The notes under the pieces were generated by a model. The model searched no databases, was not told the origin of the DNA, and saw nothing but the letters and a program-made list of their open reading frames with translations. A stretch of 64,000 nucleotides of DNA from Microthyrium microscopicum (taxonomy: Eukaryota): assembly GCA_010405405.1 (NCBI GenBank), contig MU004233.1:1563122-1627121 (forward strand). Reading direction: 5' to 3'. Each line of letters opens with the position of its first letter. Within the stretch, counting starts at the first letter, position 1. This document shows positions 14,242 through 26,756 of this stretch, piece by piece. The translations under genes were made by a program, and so were the position numbers.

Positions 14242-16577
14242 TAGTAGAATTCTCATTCAACTCAGTCAGGCGATTGACAAACAACTCACGTGGAAGACTC
14301 AGTTGTCCACGAGCATGTATTTGCAGACAGTGAATGTTTCGTTTCGTTTTTTATCCATGACTTCCTTTCGGTAGACAGTCTCGAGACATCGTTCGGAGAA
14401 ATACCCTACATACTCTAAAACCTCTAAATTGGCTGACCAACGCCATTTTCATATGTAGCTACTTTAGCTATGTAGGCCAGTATCATTGTGATTCTACATG
14501 AAATAGAAAGCGCCAGACTGATTCGTCCTCGGTCGCATACTGCTTCAAAACCATTTCATCAGCACCTAAGCGATCACAACTCCCCGATTAGATTATGCTG
14601 ACCCATGCTAAGGTCAAAGATCCAACTTGAATGGGATCTGGAAATCTAGGTATACTTACCTCTACCTAGGTAACCTTGCGTTCGGTGTCATCTATGAACC
14701 AGCATAGCCGTCGCCCCGATGTTCCGATCCTTGAGGTTTAGCATCACTTGGGAGATCATTCAACGTACGACAAGAAAGTCCAGAAGCAACTTCCTGTGCG
14801 TATTACCCCATTGCCGCTCAAGCTTTTAGAAGCTGTTCACATATTGATAGCCCTGCGTGACCTGGGAACACTCCTGTGACAAGTCAATATATCACAGGCA
14901 CAAATACACTTCGTGTAGAGCTTGCTAACCTGGAGTGACTCAACAACGGAGAATCGCATGCGGCTCATGGCTTCCAGAAGCGAGTCGAGCGTACGTCGCA
15001 ATATCAACTTCCATTATCATAAGATGGAACTTGTCTTCAAACAGGCTAGTGTAGGTAGTCAAACTAACCACCTCATTCTCCAAAGTGCAGGTCGCTTATG
15101 CCTCAAACCATGCGACAGCGACCACTGACAGGCACGTTTAACTGCAAGCAATCTATTCATTTTTGGCGCTTGTCAGAGCGTTGTCAACGTTGCCGTTAAC
15201 CCGTTCCGTTGCGTTTCGACCTGGTTCTCGATGCATGGTCCATTAATCTCAACGGCTGCTAACGAGGTACCATCTCTTCAACAACAGAACTATCGGGCCT
15301 TTAGTTAGCATAGGCCGTTGCTTTGCCAGATATCTGGTCACTGGCTTTACAAGAGCTTATCAACTTTACCCGAATGCCCCACAATGATCCACCTTGTGCG
15401 TGTTCAAAGGATCTCGCTTCAAGACTTCTCAGGCCATTTTCGCAGTAGTCCCAGTAACTTCACGGTTAGTCTAACATATAAAATGAGATCTGCGAGTTCT
15501 AGGCTACGAGAAATAAACTATAAACAGGACTAGTCCTCCCTTCATCCAAAAACTAGACGCTAAATTGTCGGCCATTGAATCTCAGTCGGCCCTTTTTCAA
15601 GAAACAGCCCACTGCTCAGCCATACCTCGTTAGTTGCATTATTTCTTCAACTCCCTGGACGTTTTGAGAGCAGCCCCGCAATATGATCTACGAGAAAGTG
15701 GAAAATATCACCAAATTGACAGGATTCTGTGCACTTCTTTGACCCGGTAACTACATGTCCGGCAGCCACTGGGTCAATGTAACGAAAATCCCAACGTTCG
15801 TCCTCCAACAATGCAACCTGGATACATGAGCATGGTCCGGAACAGATGAAAACGTACAAACAAGCGAAAGGCTTCAAAGTTTTGCAGTAGTTAACCTCCG
15901 TTGATAGAACAGCTAGACTCTCCGCGTGTCGGTCCGACTCTGATGTAGGCGAGCCCCAATTAACGGCTTTGGGAGCGCGGCTCCACCTCCCGTTTCTTGA
16001 TGCAAGTCATTTCTCACTATCCAAGTTACCGATAGACGCTATCCCTTCAAAGGATCAGTCATTTACTGTCAGTTTTGTTGACTCTTTTCCACAGAGCTAT
16101 CGGTAAGGCGCGGGGACAGCGCAGACTGCAGCCGCGCCGTTACAGCTCACTACGCTTCATTTTATGAGAGGCTGGAACGCGCTCGCTTGTATACACTCTC
16201 GGGGAAATCAGGTCACAGCCTGGCTCAGGATTGGCCCAGAGTTCCCATGCTCTGTGGGCCGCGAAAGGGGCCGCATAATATCTGGGGGCGAACCTCATGG
16301 ATATGGAAGAGACATTGGAGTAAAAAGTCATTGCTCTACTCCGTAACCTTGCCGAGAAGGATGACACGTCATGAGGGAGTGGAAGGAATAAAGGTTATGA
16401 CGAAAAAGGATAGATGATATGGCCTATGGCTTGTTCTGTTTGATTGATGCCCATCGAGGGTGGTCCTCGCAATGGGATGCATTTTTCGTTAAGACTGGCC
16501 TATTAACAGATGCCGACTATCAGAACCTCAATGGTAATGTTTTCTTCTGTGCTCAAGGCAGCTTAGGCGCGCCATGT

Positions 16578-18002
16578 TCATCTCGCGCTCTTCAATTCAA
16601 TTTCTGTTCTGGCATGTTGCCTGAGGTTCTCCATCTCCCAGCGGAACTCCTTTAGGCATCTCAACTCCCAGGACATGAACAGGAGCCCAATCAGCCCGTC
16701 TACAGTGCCTGCTGTGAGGCTCAGGGAGCTCAAAAGTATAAGGATGAAGCTAACAAAGTTCCGAGGGCTCCACCATACTGCGACCAGGCAGGCAATAGTG
16801 ATGCCAACTGAAAAGAAAAAGTGTGCTATCCTGCTCCGTCGCTGTCCCCTCTCCCGTAGGATGTATGCCTCAGTGACATCCAGGATTGCATCATAAGTCT
16901 CCAAAGGGAGAAACTCGTCAGCTTTTTGTGATTGAGCAATCACCTGCGCTTCTGCAGGCGGTTTCGTGCGCTCAATGGTTACTTCGACAGAAAAGTGATC
17001 ACTCAAAGATACTTGTATGTCAGGGTGTCTCTCAACCATGCCAACTGTAGCAGCTGTGACCTTCCAATCTGAAGTTTTGCCCCCTATAAAAACATAATCT
17101 AGCCTTTTGGCACGAGAATCCTCTGTGTTCAATGGAATATCGACAGTCTCGCCTTTCTTCAGCCGTTTTCGCTGTTCATCTGTCCATCTCCATGTATTCA
17201 ACACGCTATCACAAGTAGCACCGTTCTCTGTGAGGTTGAATTTTGCATCTGGTATCTCAAGCCCTCTTGCCATTTCTGGCTCGTCAATGGCACTGCCTAT
17301 GGACGAAAAGGGATGTAGAGCTCTCCAAGTATCAATAGCGGGCCCATGTGTAGTAATGAGCTGGTGTGCCAAAGACAGTGGAATCATATTGAAGTCACCC
17401 AGCGCCACAGCCAACCGTCCCTTGGCACGAGCAGAGCTCAGGAGCTTTGACACCTCCCATGCCTGAGACGTCCGGTGGCATAGATATGAATCGTTTGGTT
17501 CGCGCTCATATGGAGCATGCAACTGTCCAAAAAAAGTCAGTACATGAGATCTGTTTGTAACAAGGCGCCCAGCAGGGTACGCAAAGTCGGGACGTACGTG
17601 GGTACAAAAGACCTCGGCCAGCTCTCCATCGTCCATTTTGACAACGGCACATGCAATGCCTTTGCCTACATACCAATCGCCTCGGAAGAAAGCAGTAGGT
17701 CGGCCATTGAGGGTGTATCGTTGCATGGTACTCTCGACGATGGGCCATCGACTTAGGATGGCTAGCCCACCGCCGAAAGCACCACTAAAGTAGAACTTGC
17801 CATGGGGCAGGATATGGGACGTTCGGGTTCGAATTGCTTCATAGTCTTCCTGCGTCCAGCATTCTTGTAAACCGACAATATCCGGTGTTGGAGAGAGGTT
17901 CGCGATGGCAGTTCCGATGTGCGCTAGGCGGGCATTCCGGTGATCGGAAATAAACTTGAGGCCCCAGCAGTTCAAGGTGAGGATGTGGATGTGAGAGGTC
18001 AT
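16578..18002 (-). CDS. ISC1: Inositol phosphosphingolipid phospholipase C / neutral sphingomyelinase (EEP fold). Exons 18002-17598 and 17522-16578, 449 aa
   Basis: Motifs LTLNCWGLK, LQECW, GDWYVGKG, THLHAPY (after splicing), GDFN, KRLDY and SDH, plus two C-terminal TM segments. 75-nt intron GTACGT..CTGAC..CAG at 17597-17523. Confidence 0.95.
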   Translation of the reverse strand: MTSHIHILTLNCWGLKFISDHRNARLAHIGTAIANLSPTPDIVGLQECWTQEDYEAIRTRTSHILPHGKFYFSGAFGGGLAILSRWPIVESTMQRYTLNGRPTAFFRGDWYVGKGIACAVVKMDDGELAEVFCTHVRPDFAYPAGRLVTNRSHVLTFFGQLHAPYEREPNDSYLCHRTSQAWEVSKLLSSARAKGRLAVALGDFNMIPLSLAHQLITTHGPAIDTWRALHPFSSIGSAIDEPEMARGLEIPDAKFNLTENGATCDSVLNTWRWTDEQRKRLKKGETVDIPLNTEDSRAKRLDYVFIGGKTSDWKVTAATVGMVERHPDIQVSLSDHFSVEVTIERTKPPAEAQVIAQSQKADEFLPLETYDAILDVTEAYILRERGQRRSRIAHFFFSVGITIACLVAVWWSPRNFVSFILILLSSLSLTAGTVDGLIGLLFMSWELRCLKEFRWEMENLRQHARTEIELKSAR

Positions 18003-18451
18003 GGCAGAGACTAGGTTACAGGATAGTATAGGAGGTCATGATCAAGAAGACAAGGCCACTCAATTGATTGATGTGGAGTTGTGATGGCGTTGAGTGTAGT
18101 TGCATTTGTGACGTGAGGGCAGGCAGGTACCACACATGGAGCTTTGGAGCTTTCCTTCCGTGCCTTCCCAAGCTGCTGGAGCTAGCGCGTTAGCGCCCCG
18201 CGTGTTTACTTGCAGTTTACTTGCAGTTTACTTACTACACCAAAAAAATGATTCCCGCGGAAAGAAACATCGTGTATGTTTACTACTGCATTCCAGCCCT
18301 TAGCGCATCAACTTCTGTCGAAGCCACGTAAATTCGCCTCTTCCCAACATTCGCGCATCTTCAGCGACCTTCACCCGCCCTCTCTGATTCTCGAGAACCA
18401 AGTTTTGCGCCGCATACTTCAATCACGCCTTGAATAGGCGTTGGTGCAGAC
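18003..18451. promoter_or_regulatory. 449-bp divergent (bidirectional) promoter of ISC1 and the WDR5/SWD3-like gene
   Basis: Head-to-head ATGs at 18002 (-) and 18452 (+). Contains (GTTTACTTGCA)x2+GTTTACTT at 18204-18233, CGCGT motifs near 18186 and 18199, and TGACGT near 18109. Confidence 0.7.
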
Positions 18452-19940
18452 ATGGAGATGGATGGCCCAACGCACCGGTACGGCACAAACGGAGCTCGTC
18501 AACGATCAATGTCCGGATCGCGACAGCTCTCTGCATCACAATCACCCCGCCGCGCAATATCTCGTTCCCCGAGTCGCCTAAGCTTCCAGCATTCACCGTC
18601 ACCACTCCCTGCGTCCCACGAACCCTTTGCGGCAGCGAACGACGAAACCCCAGTACAATTAGACTACAAGCCTCAGTTCACACTAAGAGGGCACAAAAAA
18701 GCTGTGTCAGATGTCAAGATATCCCCGGATGGAGCTAGAATCGCGAGCTGTTGTAAGCTGGACCGGGGTAAAATCAGCTCGCTGACAGAATACTGACCAT
18801 CTGTAGCCGCCGATGGCACAATCAAGATCTGGAATGCCCAAACAGGGCAACATGAACACACATTCGAAGGCCATCTTGCTGGAGTCTCCGTTATCGCGTG
18901 GAGCCCCGATTCTCGTTGGATAGCATCAGGGGCCGACGACAAGGTTATTCGTCTTTGGGATGTGACAATGGTATGGAATACATATTCCCATTGGTGTATC
19001 AAGCGCTGACATTAATCTGTAGGGTAAACCGCATCCTTACCCTTTCCTTGGACACTCAAATTACATATCCTCCCTGGCATTTTCCCCAAAGGGAAATATT
19101 CTGGCTAGTGGGTCTCACGATGAGGCCGTCTTTCTATGGGATGTTCGCGCAGCTCGTCGTATCCGATCTCTACCTGCCCATTCAGATCCTGTTGGTGGGG
19201 TCGACTTTACCCATGATGGCACGTTGATCGTCAGTTGTTCCAGTGACGGTTTGATGTAAGTGCATGAACTCCGCAGCACTGCCTTCATATGGTATATGTT
19301 TCATACAACTGACTCTTGACATATTAGACGAATATGGGATACCTCAACGGGCCAATGTCTTCGAACCATCATCCACGAGGATCATGCTCCTGTCATGAGC
19401 GTAAAGTTTTCACCTAATGGCAAGTATGTCCTAGCTTGGACATTAGACTCATCCATTAGACTTTGGAACTATGTTGAACACCCTGGTCGCTGTGTAAAAA
19501 CATACCAGGGTCATACCAATAAGAAGTTTGGTATCACTGGGACGTTCGGTACTTACAGTCGATACGAAGCCATGTATCAAACCGAAAATGATAAATATAC
19601 CGAAAAGCCATCAGCCCTCATGGTATCTGGTAGCGAGGATGGCTCATTGTGGATCTGGGACGTGGGTAACAAGAAGATCCTGCAAACAATAGAAAATGCG
19701 CATGATGGCGTCGTGTTTGCCGCCGACGCACACCACAAGGCGCGCCAGGTTGTCAGTGGGGGTGCAGACGGCCTGGTCAAGGTCTGGAAACACAACATCC
19801 AAACCGCAGACCGTCGGCAGGTGTTTCCGAAGGACGATCTTGATGATGAACACCAGGCTCGTATGCAAGATCCAACCGATGATGGTTCAAGGATGGAGCT
19901 GGACGATGCTGTGGTTGTCAAGAGGGAGGATTTGCAATAA
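18452..19940 (+). CDS. SWD3: WDR5/Swd3-like WD40 repeat protein (COMPASS subunit homologue). Exons 18452-18752, 18807-18970, 19023-19255, 19328-19940
   Basis: Spliced product contains GHKKAVSDVKISPDG..IASCSADGTIKIW, GHSNY....FSPKGNILASGS.DEAVFLWDV, LPAHSDPV, SDGLIRIWDTSTGQCLRT and VKFSPNGKYVLAWTLDSSIRLWNY, closely following WDR5. Three canonical introns with branch points. Confidence 0.9.
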
Positions 19941-21863
19941 GGTAACTTTGCATACCACAGGTATCGTAATCTTCATGAATTGACTACCAGCTGGGCTTGT
20001 GCATCAAGACTGCAATTTACCACTTGCTTGGGTCAAACGATGTATGGCATGGATCCTCAACAACCAATACCTCAAAAGTTCGTGTTAGAGTTGACATGAT
20101 CATTGGCACGGAACTTACCTCTGTGATCGACTTGGCATACAACCCTGAGTTTATTGCCTGTCACTCTGACGCTACAACTCACATGAAACTATCCTTACCC
20201 ATAGTCAATCCCTCCTATGTCCCGAGGGACTGGTTGTTCTCCATGGAAAGTGATTGATGGCCAGCATTAATTGCCAGGCCTGAACAACCACGGTACCGAC
20301 AGAAGGGAACTGGTAGGAACACGAAACGTTAGCTACCAGTTCTAATTCTTCGGCAGTAAAATGCCGCGGGCAATACGAACTACCCCAAGTTTCCATTGCT
20401 TTTCTGCATATGACTGATCGAGATCGGATGGAAGCAAGATTACCTCCTACCCACATGAGCGTAGGCGTAAATCGAAACACCAGGAATTGACCAGCCTGGT
20501 AGATATTTCACAATGCGCTTCCCTGTCTTGGAAGTTGTTGAGACAGTGCGTTTATTTCCATGAGTTCTTCAGCCCCTGATGCGTCAGGCACTTGTCTGCT
20601 GACTTGTGTCCAGCGGGTGGCCTCATTCAACAACTCCATGTACGTATACAATGCAAGAGCAACGGACGAAGGGGATCGAATCACTGTGATGAATTTGTAT
20701 ATTCGCAGGGCCTGGTCATCTCCGTCAGAGAATCGGGCCGAATAGGCTGAACGTTCATTGTTCAGAATACCATGGCAGCTCACATCGGTCTGGGTATTCC
20801 TTGTAGTGAATACAGTTCTTCTCTATGAGCTGCAAACCACGATGTCGTGCTAAACCAGGTCTCGCCTCTAGCCGCTCCACGTTGCAGAAAGGAACCATTT
20901 TAGCGAAACTCGCTCTCGGCATCAATCACCCTTCCTAGCATGTTCGCTGTTTGAACCTGAGTCCTCATCAAACTAGGCATTGAATCATTTACGCAAGAGG
21001 CCTGACAATTGCCCATTTGAGCCATTTTTCGGAGTCTCCATAAGTAACAAGCATTGACTTCTCGGACTCGGTAGAAGCTGCAACGTTAATCACAAAGTTT
21101 CCGGGGATCCAGATTCTCGGGGCGGGAAAAGCTTGCAAAACTCCTTTCCATCGTGGGGAGGAGGGTTGGATTTCCTGGAAACCTGGTCAAATAAGGCGTC
21201 CAACGGCGAAGTTGAAAATCACCTTTCTAGATATGCATATCGCCCGATGCGGACAACTTCTAGACGCCAACCCCAGATCATTTTGCATCAACTTTGAACC
21301 TCTCAAAGTCGTTCTTCGCGAGAATAATCCTCGTCAGCTGAATGTGATATCACTTTATCTCTGCGACATATTTCATATGCTTTAACTCTACTTTAGCACA
21401 CTTCACCGGCAACTTATCATGTCACCTGCCACGGAACCATCGTCGATTGTGTCGTCCCAGACTTACGGTTCCTGAATGCCCCCTACGCCAATCCGCACTA
21501 AGGAATTATTCTATTGGCCCACTCGCTCTATTTATCGCAGGGCATTCCCTGCCAGCGCTGGACAGTTTCATGTTTCCTCTTTTCTCCAGCCAACCTCACG
21601 GCAGGGCCGGATTTTGTTGATTCGATCCACGAAAAGAATCCTTTTGCGGGACCGCTGAATCAAATACGATAGAACGCGGCCGCGATAGGCGCAGCTATCA
21701 AGATCACAAGATAGGGGGGGCTACGAGGCAACGACGAGGGGTGGTATGGTGTGTGGTACTGGGGGCGCGATATCATACAATTGTGAGCTATCGATCGATT
21801 TGAAATCTTCCTGTTTCTTTTGAGTGTGTGTTGTGCCGTCTTGTCTGAGTCGTGCAGGATCTA

Positions 21864-24800
21864 CCGTAAGATTCTCACAAGATGTCTACTAGCTCACCAA
21901 TCGATTTAGCCAAAATAGCCTATTAAGGAGGATAGCGCGCTAGGGGGCGTCAAAAATGCAAGGCTAGTAAATTAGGTAGTATCCATTTTTACCGCCCTAA
22001 TGTTAGCGCTGAGTAAGCTATTTTAACGTTTTTAGATAGGATCTTAACTACTTTAAGCAGAATGTTATTATTTTAATAGTAGGGGTGTCTATTATAATTA
22101 GGCTAAAGCCTTAGAGGGCACTTTATATATAGATTTTATAGTAGAATTCTATCTTGTACTTTAATCTAATTAATATCGTTAAATATCTATTATCTTAACT
22201 TGTATCTAATTAAATAGTATATAAATTAATATACTAAAGCTACTAAAAGAACTACGCTAATTATAGCAATAAATGCTATTAGGTAAACTAGATCTAAATA
22301 TTATAAGGATGAATTATCTACGCCTTTCTAGGGCTAAACTATATACTAAAAAGAGTAAGGAATTTAATTTCTAGAAGATTATAACTATTAAAGCAAAATT
22401 ATACTCTTTTAATACTACTTTTATTTAACTATAAATAGAGGTTATAAAGTAAATGCTATAATAGTAGCATATGCTTTAACCTAGTAAATAACAATATATT
22501 CTTCTTAAGGAAATAAAGTATTATAAATGTCTAGATATATATTAGTAGTAGCATTAGGCGATAATAAGTAAAGCTACAAAGTACTTTACTATAAATCTAA
22601 GAACTATATAATAGTAGTAGCATTAGCGCTTATTATTATAGTTAATTCTATATATATCCTATTGAGTTAAGTATCTAGATATATAGAGGAAGTACTTCTC
22701 TAGACTTAAAGATTCCCTATACGTATAGTATTATTAAAAGTAAGATAAGAAGAAGTCTATAGGTACTTATTAATTACTTTAGAAAGCTTTAGTATTATAC
22801 TCTTATATTTATACTACTAAAATTAATACTAGAATAATACTAGCAACTTATTAATTCTCTAAGGGCTAGCTTTATAACTATATAAAGCGCTTTAGGATTA
22901 CGTGAAGGAAAGTAACTTATATAGCTTAGAAACTGCCTAATAAGTAGGTTTCTATATATAGTAATCTTATTAGATTTATAAAGCTTATAACCTATAGGGC
23001 TATAGCGCTAGCTAGTAGTATTTAATAGGATATTAATATATTAATGAATAAGTAGTTAATAGTAGTAATAACTTCCTATTAAATTATTAATATAGATAAG
23101 ACGCTAATGCCTTTTTGTAACTTTAATAGTTATACTTTAGCTAACGTAGGGTCTAAAATAGTTACGATTTATACTTATAAAGATAGAGATAATAAATATT
23201 AAATAATAATTATATTAGCTATTACTACTAATAGTACTCTTTAAATTCTACCGCTAATTATCTTCTATAATACTACTAATAAAGATAAAGATTGCATCCT
23301 AAAGACTAAGGGCGCATTCTATAACTAGGAGGTATTTATTAAATATAATAAGATAGCATAGAATAATAAGGATATTATATAGTAGTAGTTAGAATATTAT
23401 TATCTTAGAGGATTAGATATAGCGATAGAGGGGCCTAAAGGGCCTATAGAGAGGTCTAAATGATCTAAAGATGTTCTATTTCCTTCTACCTTAAGTAATT
23501 CTTCTCTCGTACCTTCCTAAAATAGAAATATTTTAGTACTAACTATAGGATCTAGAGTCTAATTTAACGATATCTCTTCTAAAATTGAGCCCTACTAGCA
23601 CCTCTTTAATATCTTTAATATCTTCTACTTCTTTAATATCTATAATATATATATCTAACCCTTCTATTCTTATTATAAACGCCTTCTCTACTTATAAAAT
23701 AGCTGCTATTAAGTAATAGTATAAAGACTATAATATTATTATTACTATTATTCCTCCTAGTTATATATCTAAAATTTAATTACTTAACGTTAGCGTAAAT
23801 AAGCTATTTAAACAACTTATTAAGAACCTTTAGGACCTATGGGTCCCTATATTCTATTAATAAGAGCGCTTTAAAAATATAAATATTAAAGATTTAGACC
23901 TTCTTAACTAGAATATATTTTAATATTAAGTATTTATAACGTACATTATAGTAGAGGCCTAGCGTTAAATCTACTTTAATAATGCTCTAATAATTAGACG
24001 CTTATTTACTACTATAAGGTTAAATACTATGCCTAAAAACGTTATTATAGAAGAGAAAAACAACATTAGTATTAAAGATTTAATAATACTATTAGACCTC
24101 TTAAATTAGCGTATAGTAAAGCAAGAATCTATTAATATTTTAGGTGCTAGTAAAGATAAAGAGTAAGAGAAGATAAACGACCTTAATGTAAAAGCTAAAG
24201 ATATTAGTAATAATAATAATAGGGAATGCTATAATAAAGAAAAAGCTAATAGTTATATTCCTTTACCTATTAACGAAGATAAAGCTATAATTAATTTAAC
24301 CTTTATTAATTTAATAGAAGATATATAGTAAAATCTATATATAAATGACTTAATATCTATATTATTACTAATTATCCTGCCGTACCTTAACCCTTAGCTT
24401 AATCCTTAGCCTAATTACTAGATTTCTTTACTAGAGGATTTTAAATAGTATTACTACTATCTTTATTAAAATTAATAAGTAATTAAGCCGTCTAATAGCC
24501 TCCTCTAAAACGAATTACTTAGTAGATACAAAGAGTCTAATCCTACTATGTTTTAGTATTTAACTACCTCTTTATTACTAATATTAACACTAGTATTTTA
24601 GTATCTAGGGCTTCTTTAATTTGACTCCTATCTCGTTAAAGGACCTAGCTAAAATATTTATCTTTAGTATTTAATAGTAATATTCTATTATTAATAGGAC
24701 TATTTAAATTAGTAGTTAGATAACGAATTAGGTAGTATTCTTAGCTTATAGTAAATATAGATAAGTAGTAGAAATCATAGGTAATATTTACTCCGTATTA

Positions 24801-25064
24801 GCATTAAAATAGGCACTTTAAAATAGTTACTTATATATAATACTATAACTTCCTAATCTTAACATTTTGGATTAATAAGATATTGTTAAGTAGCTTCAAT
24901 TCTACGCATTTAATAGGTTTAGGGATAGGAGCGCCATTATAGCTTTTAGCGTTCCAAAAACGGATTACTACAAAATTACTATAAGGGCTATTTCTACAGA
25001 AACCGCCCTAAAAACGCCTCTCCAGCGCCCCAGAGCTGGCAGACATCTTGTCAGCTTTTTACGG
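21864..25064 (+). mobile_element. RIP-degraded pogo/Tc2-like DNA transposon with CCGT termini, 3201 bp
   Basis: Imperfect TIRs CCGTAAGATTCTCACAAGATGTCTACTAGCTC (left) and CCGTAAAAAGCTGACAAGATGTCTGCCAGCTC (right, reverse complement). TA TSD at 21862-21863 and 25065-25066. Confidence 0.88.
22270..24330 (+). pseudogene. RIP-inactivated pogo-family DDE transposase, boundaries approximate
   Basis: De-RIP reading gives IINMDETPMPF (~23085), ILAVTADG...PPLIIF, TAWND, ILIMDAFS.H (~23670) and IPPG.TSKIQPLDVSVNK.FK (~23750-23815), then an acidic tail. Confidence 0.8.
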
Positions 25065-26476
25065 TAAGGCCGCCGTTTCTTGCTGTTGGTGACTGCTCGT
25101 TGCGGGTTCAATTGTGCTGATCACTGAGGTTGGTTGAGGCGCTTTGTTGTGGTTCGTTGGGTGTTCGTTAGTATTGCAGTGGATGGATGCACAGGTTGCG
25201 TGAGATATGCTGGGAGTGGTGATGTTGCGCTGCGCGTGATGAGCAGGCGTCCCGATCTGAGATGGTTTTCTCCGAATGTTGCGTCAATATGCTGTGGCCA
25301 GCTGCTTTGAGAGTGATACGAAACCCGCTGTGTGTATGAGTGTCGTACAGTGGTCGGAGAATTGAATGGCGAACTGTGAGTAGTCAACTTCGATGGAAAC
25401 TTCAATATCCTTGGAAGTTGGCATCATTTCTCTCATTTAATTGGACTCAAGCAGAAATTAGGAACTGAGCGAGTGGGAGGCTCTCGCGATCCATGGTTAA
25501 GATCGGAATCATTTCATAATTGGATTATACACATGAAAATATATTGACGAATACCCGATTAATGTTGTATATCGTCGTAAGATTATAATACAATGTCTAT
25601 CAAGTCCTTAGTAGGCCTTGGCGGCCTAGGCAACAGTCGAGCGATGGTGGATTAATAGTTATGTAGTAATTAACGTTTATTTTTTTAAATGTATAAAAGA
25701 CGGTTATTTATAACGCTAATAGTTAATTGTAAGAAACGCTAATTAACCTTGTATTTATTAACTAATGGTTAGTATTTAAGTACTAACTGTTAGCTAACGT
25801 TTAGCTAAGTAGGCTAACTAATAATTAACTATTAATTAATAGTTAATTAACAGTTAGTTAAGCTCTAACGCTTAATAAGGCTCTACGCCTAAGACTACTT
25901 CTAGGTTACTAATTAGTTATAATTCTATACGCTAGTACTATACTAGCCTAGTAGTATCTCCTTTAGGATTGCACTATACCTAAAACCCTCTACGCTTTAT
26001 TATACTTACTTATATTTAATACTAGTTATTACTTAGTGTAATTACTATATTTAGTCTAGCTAGCCTACGCGGCTCTTACGTTCTAAGCTACGTTCTAAGC
26101 TATACCTTTAACCTCTATATTCTTATACCTAGCTTTTTTATCTACTTACTTATATAGCTACTTTATATAATTGCTGCTACTTATACCTATTATATACTCG
26201 CTACATCCTCTAATTTTGCCCTAGGGTAAGGATTAATCTATATAAAATATATACGCTTTTTACTACCCTCTAAACCTCTAACTTTAACTAAACCTAGAGG
26301 CCTAAAAAACTACTAGATTAGAGAATCTCTAGGTTCTAGTTTACGTAGAGAAGAAGCATACTCTTATTAATGTTAGCTAGCTTAACTAGGCTAAGCTCAT
26401 TAGTAGTTTAATTAGGGGTAATAGTAATAAGGATAATATAGAGGTAACGAGCTTATAAGGAAGGAAGACTAATAAC

Positions 26477-26678
26477 TATTACGGATCTACTACTATTAAT
26501 CCTATTGTAACATTATTAGCATCCCCTATTACGTAATGCTAAGGGCTTAGCGCCTAAGGATTATTTAGTATAGCTTACCTATAATTATTCCCTACTCTCT
26601 CTCTTAAATTCTTTGTATTAGTTTTCTTAAATTATATCTACTATTAGCTTATACTCTTGCGCCTATAGGTCCTTAATA
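26477..26678 (+). repeat. 5' LTR of element 1
   Basis: Direct repeat of 50097-50298, differing mainly by transitions. Confidence 0.92.
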
Positions 26679-26756
26679 TAAAACTAATACCTTATATTAT
26701 TTAAAAAATAATTCTAATTTTTAGTATATTAAAATCTAAAGATTTAATACGTCTAC

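Noticed and set aside
14652..14663. ATACTTACCT resembling the 5' end of U1 snRNA
   Set aside because: No U1 stem-loops or Sm site follow. It is simply a donor-like word on the minus strand.
20000..21860. Short minus-strand ORFs, possibly a decayed gene continuing beyond the Tc2-like element (25067-25430)
   Set aside because: Fragments are stop-interrupted, with no recognisable domain or consistent splice model.
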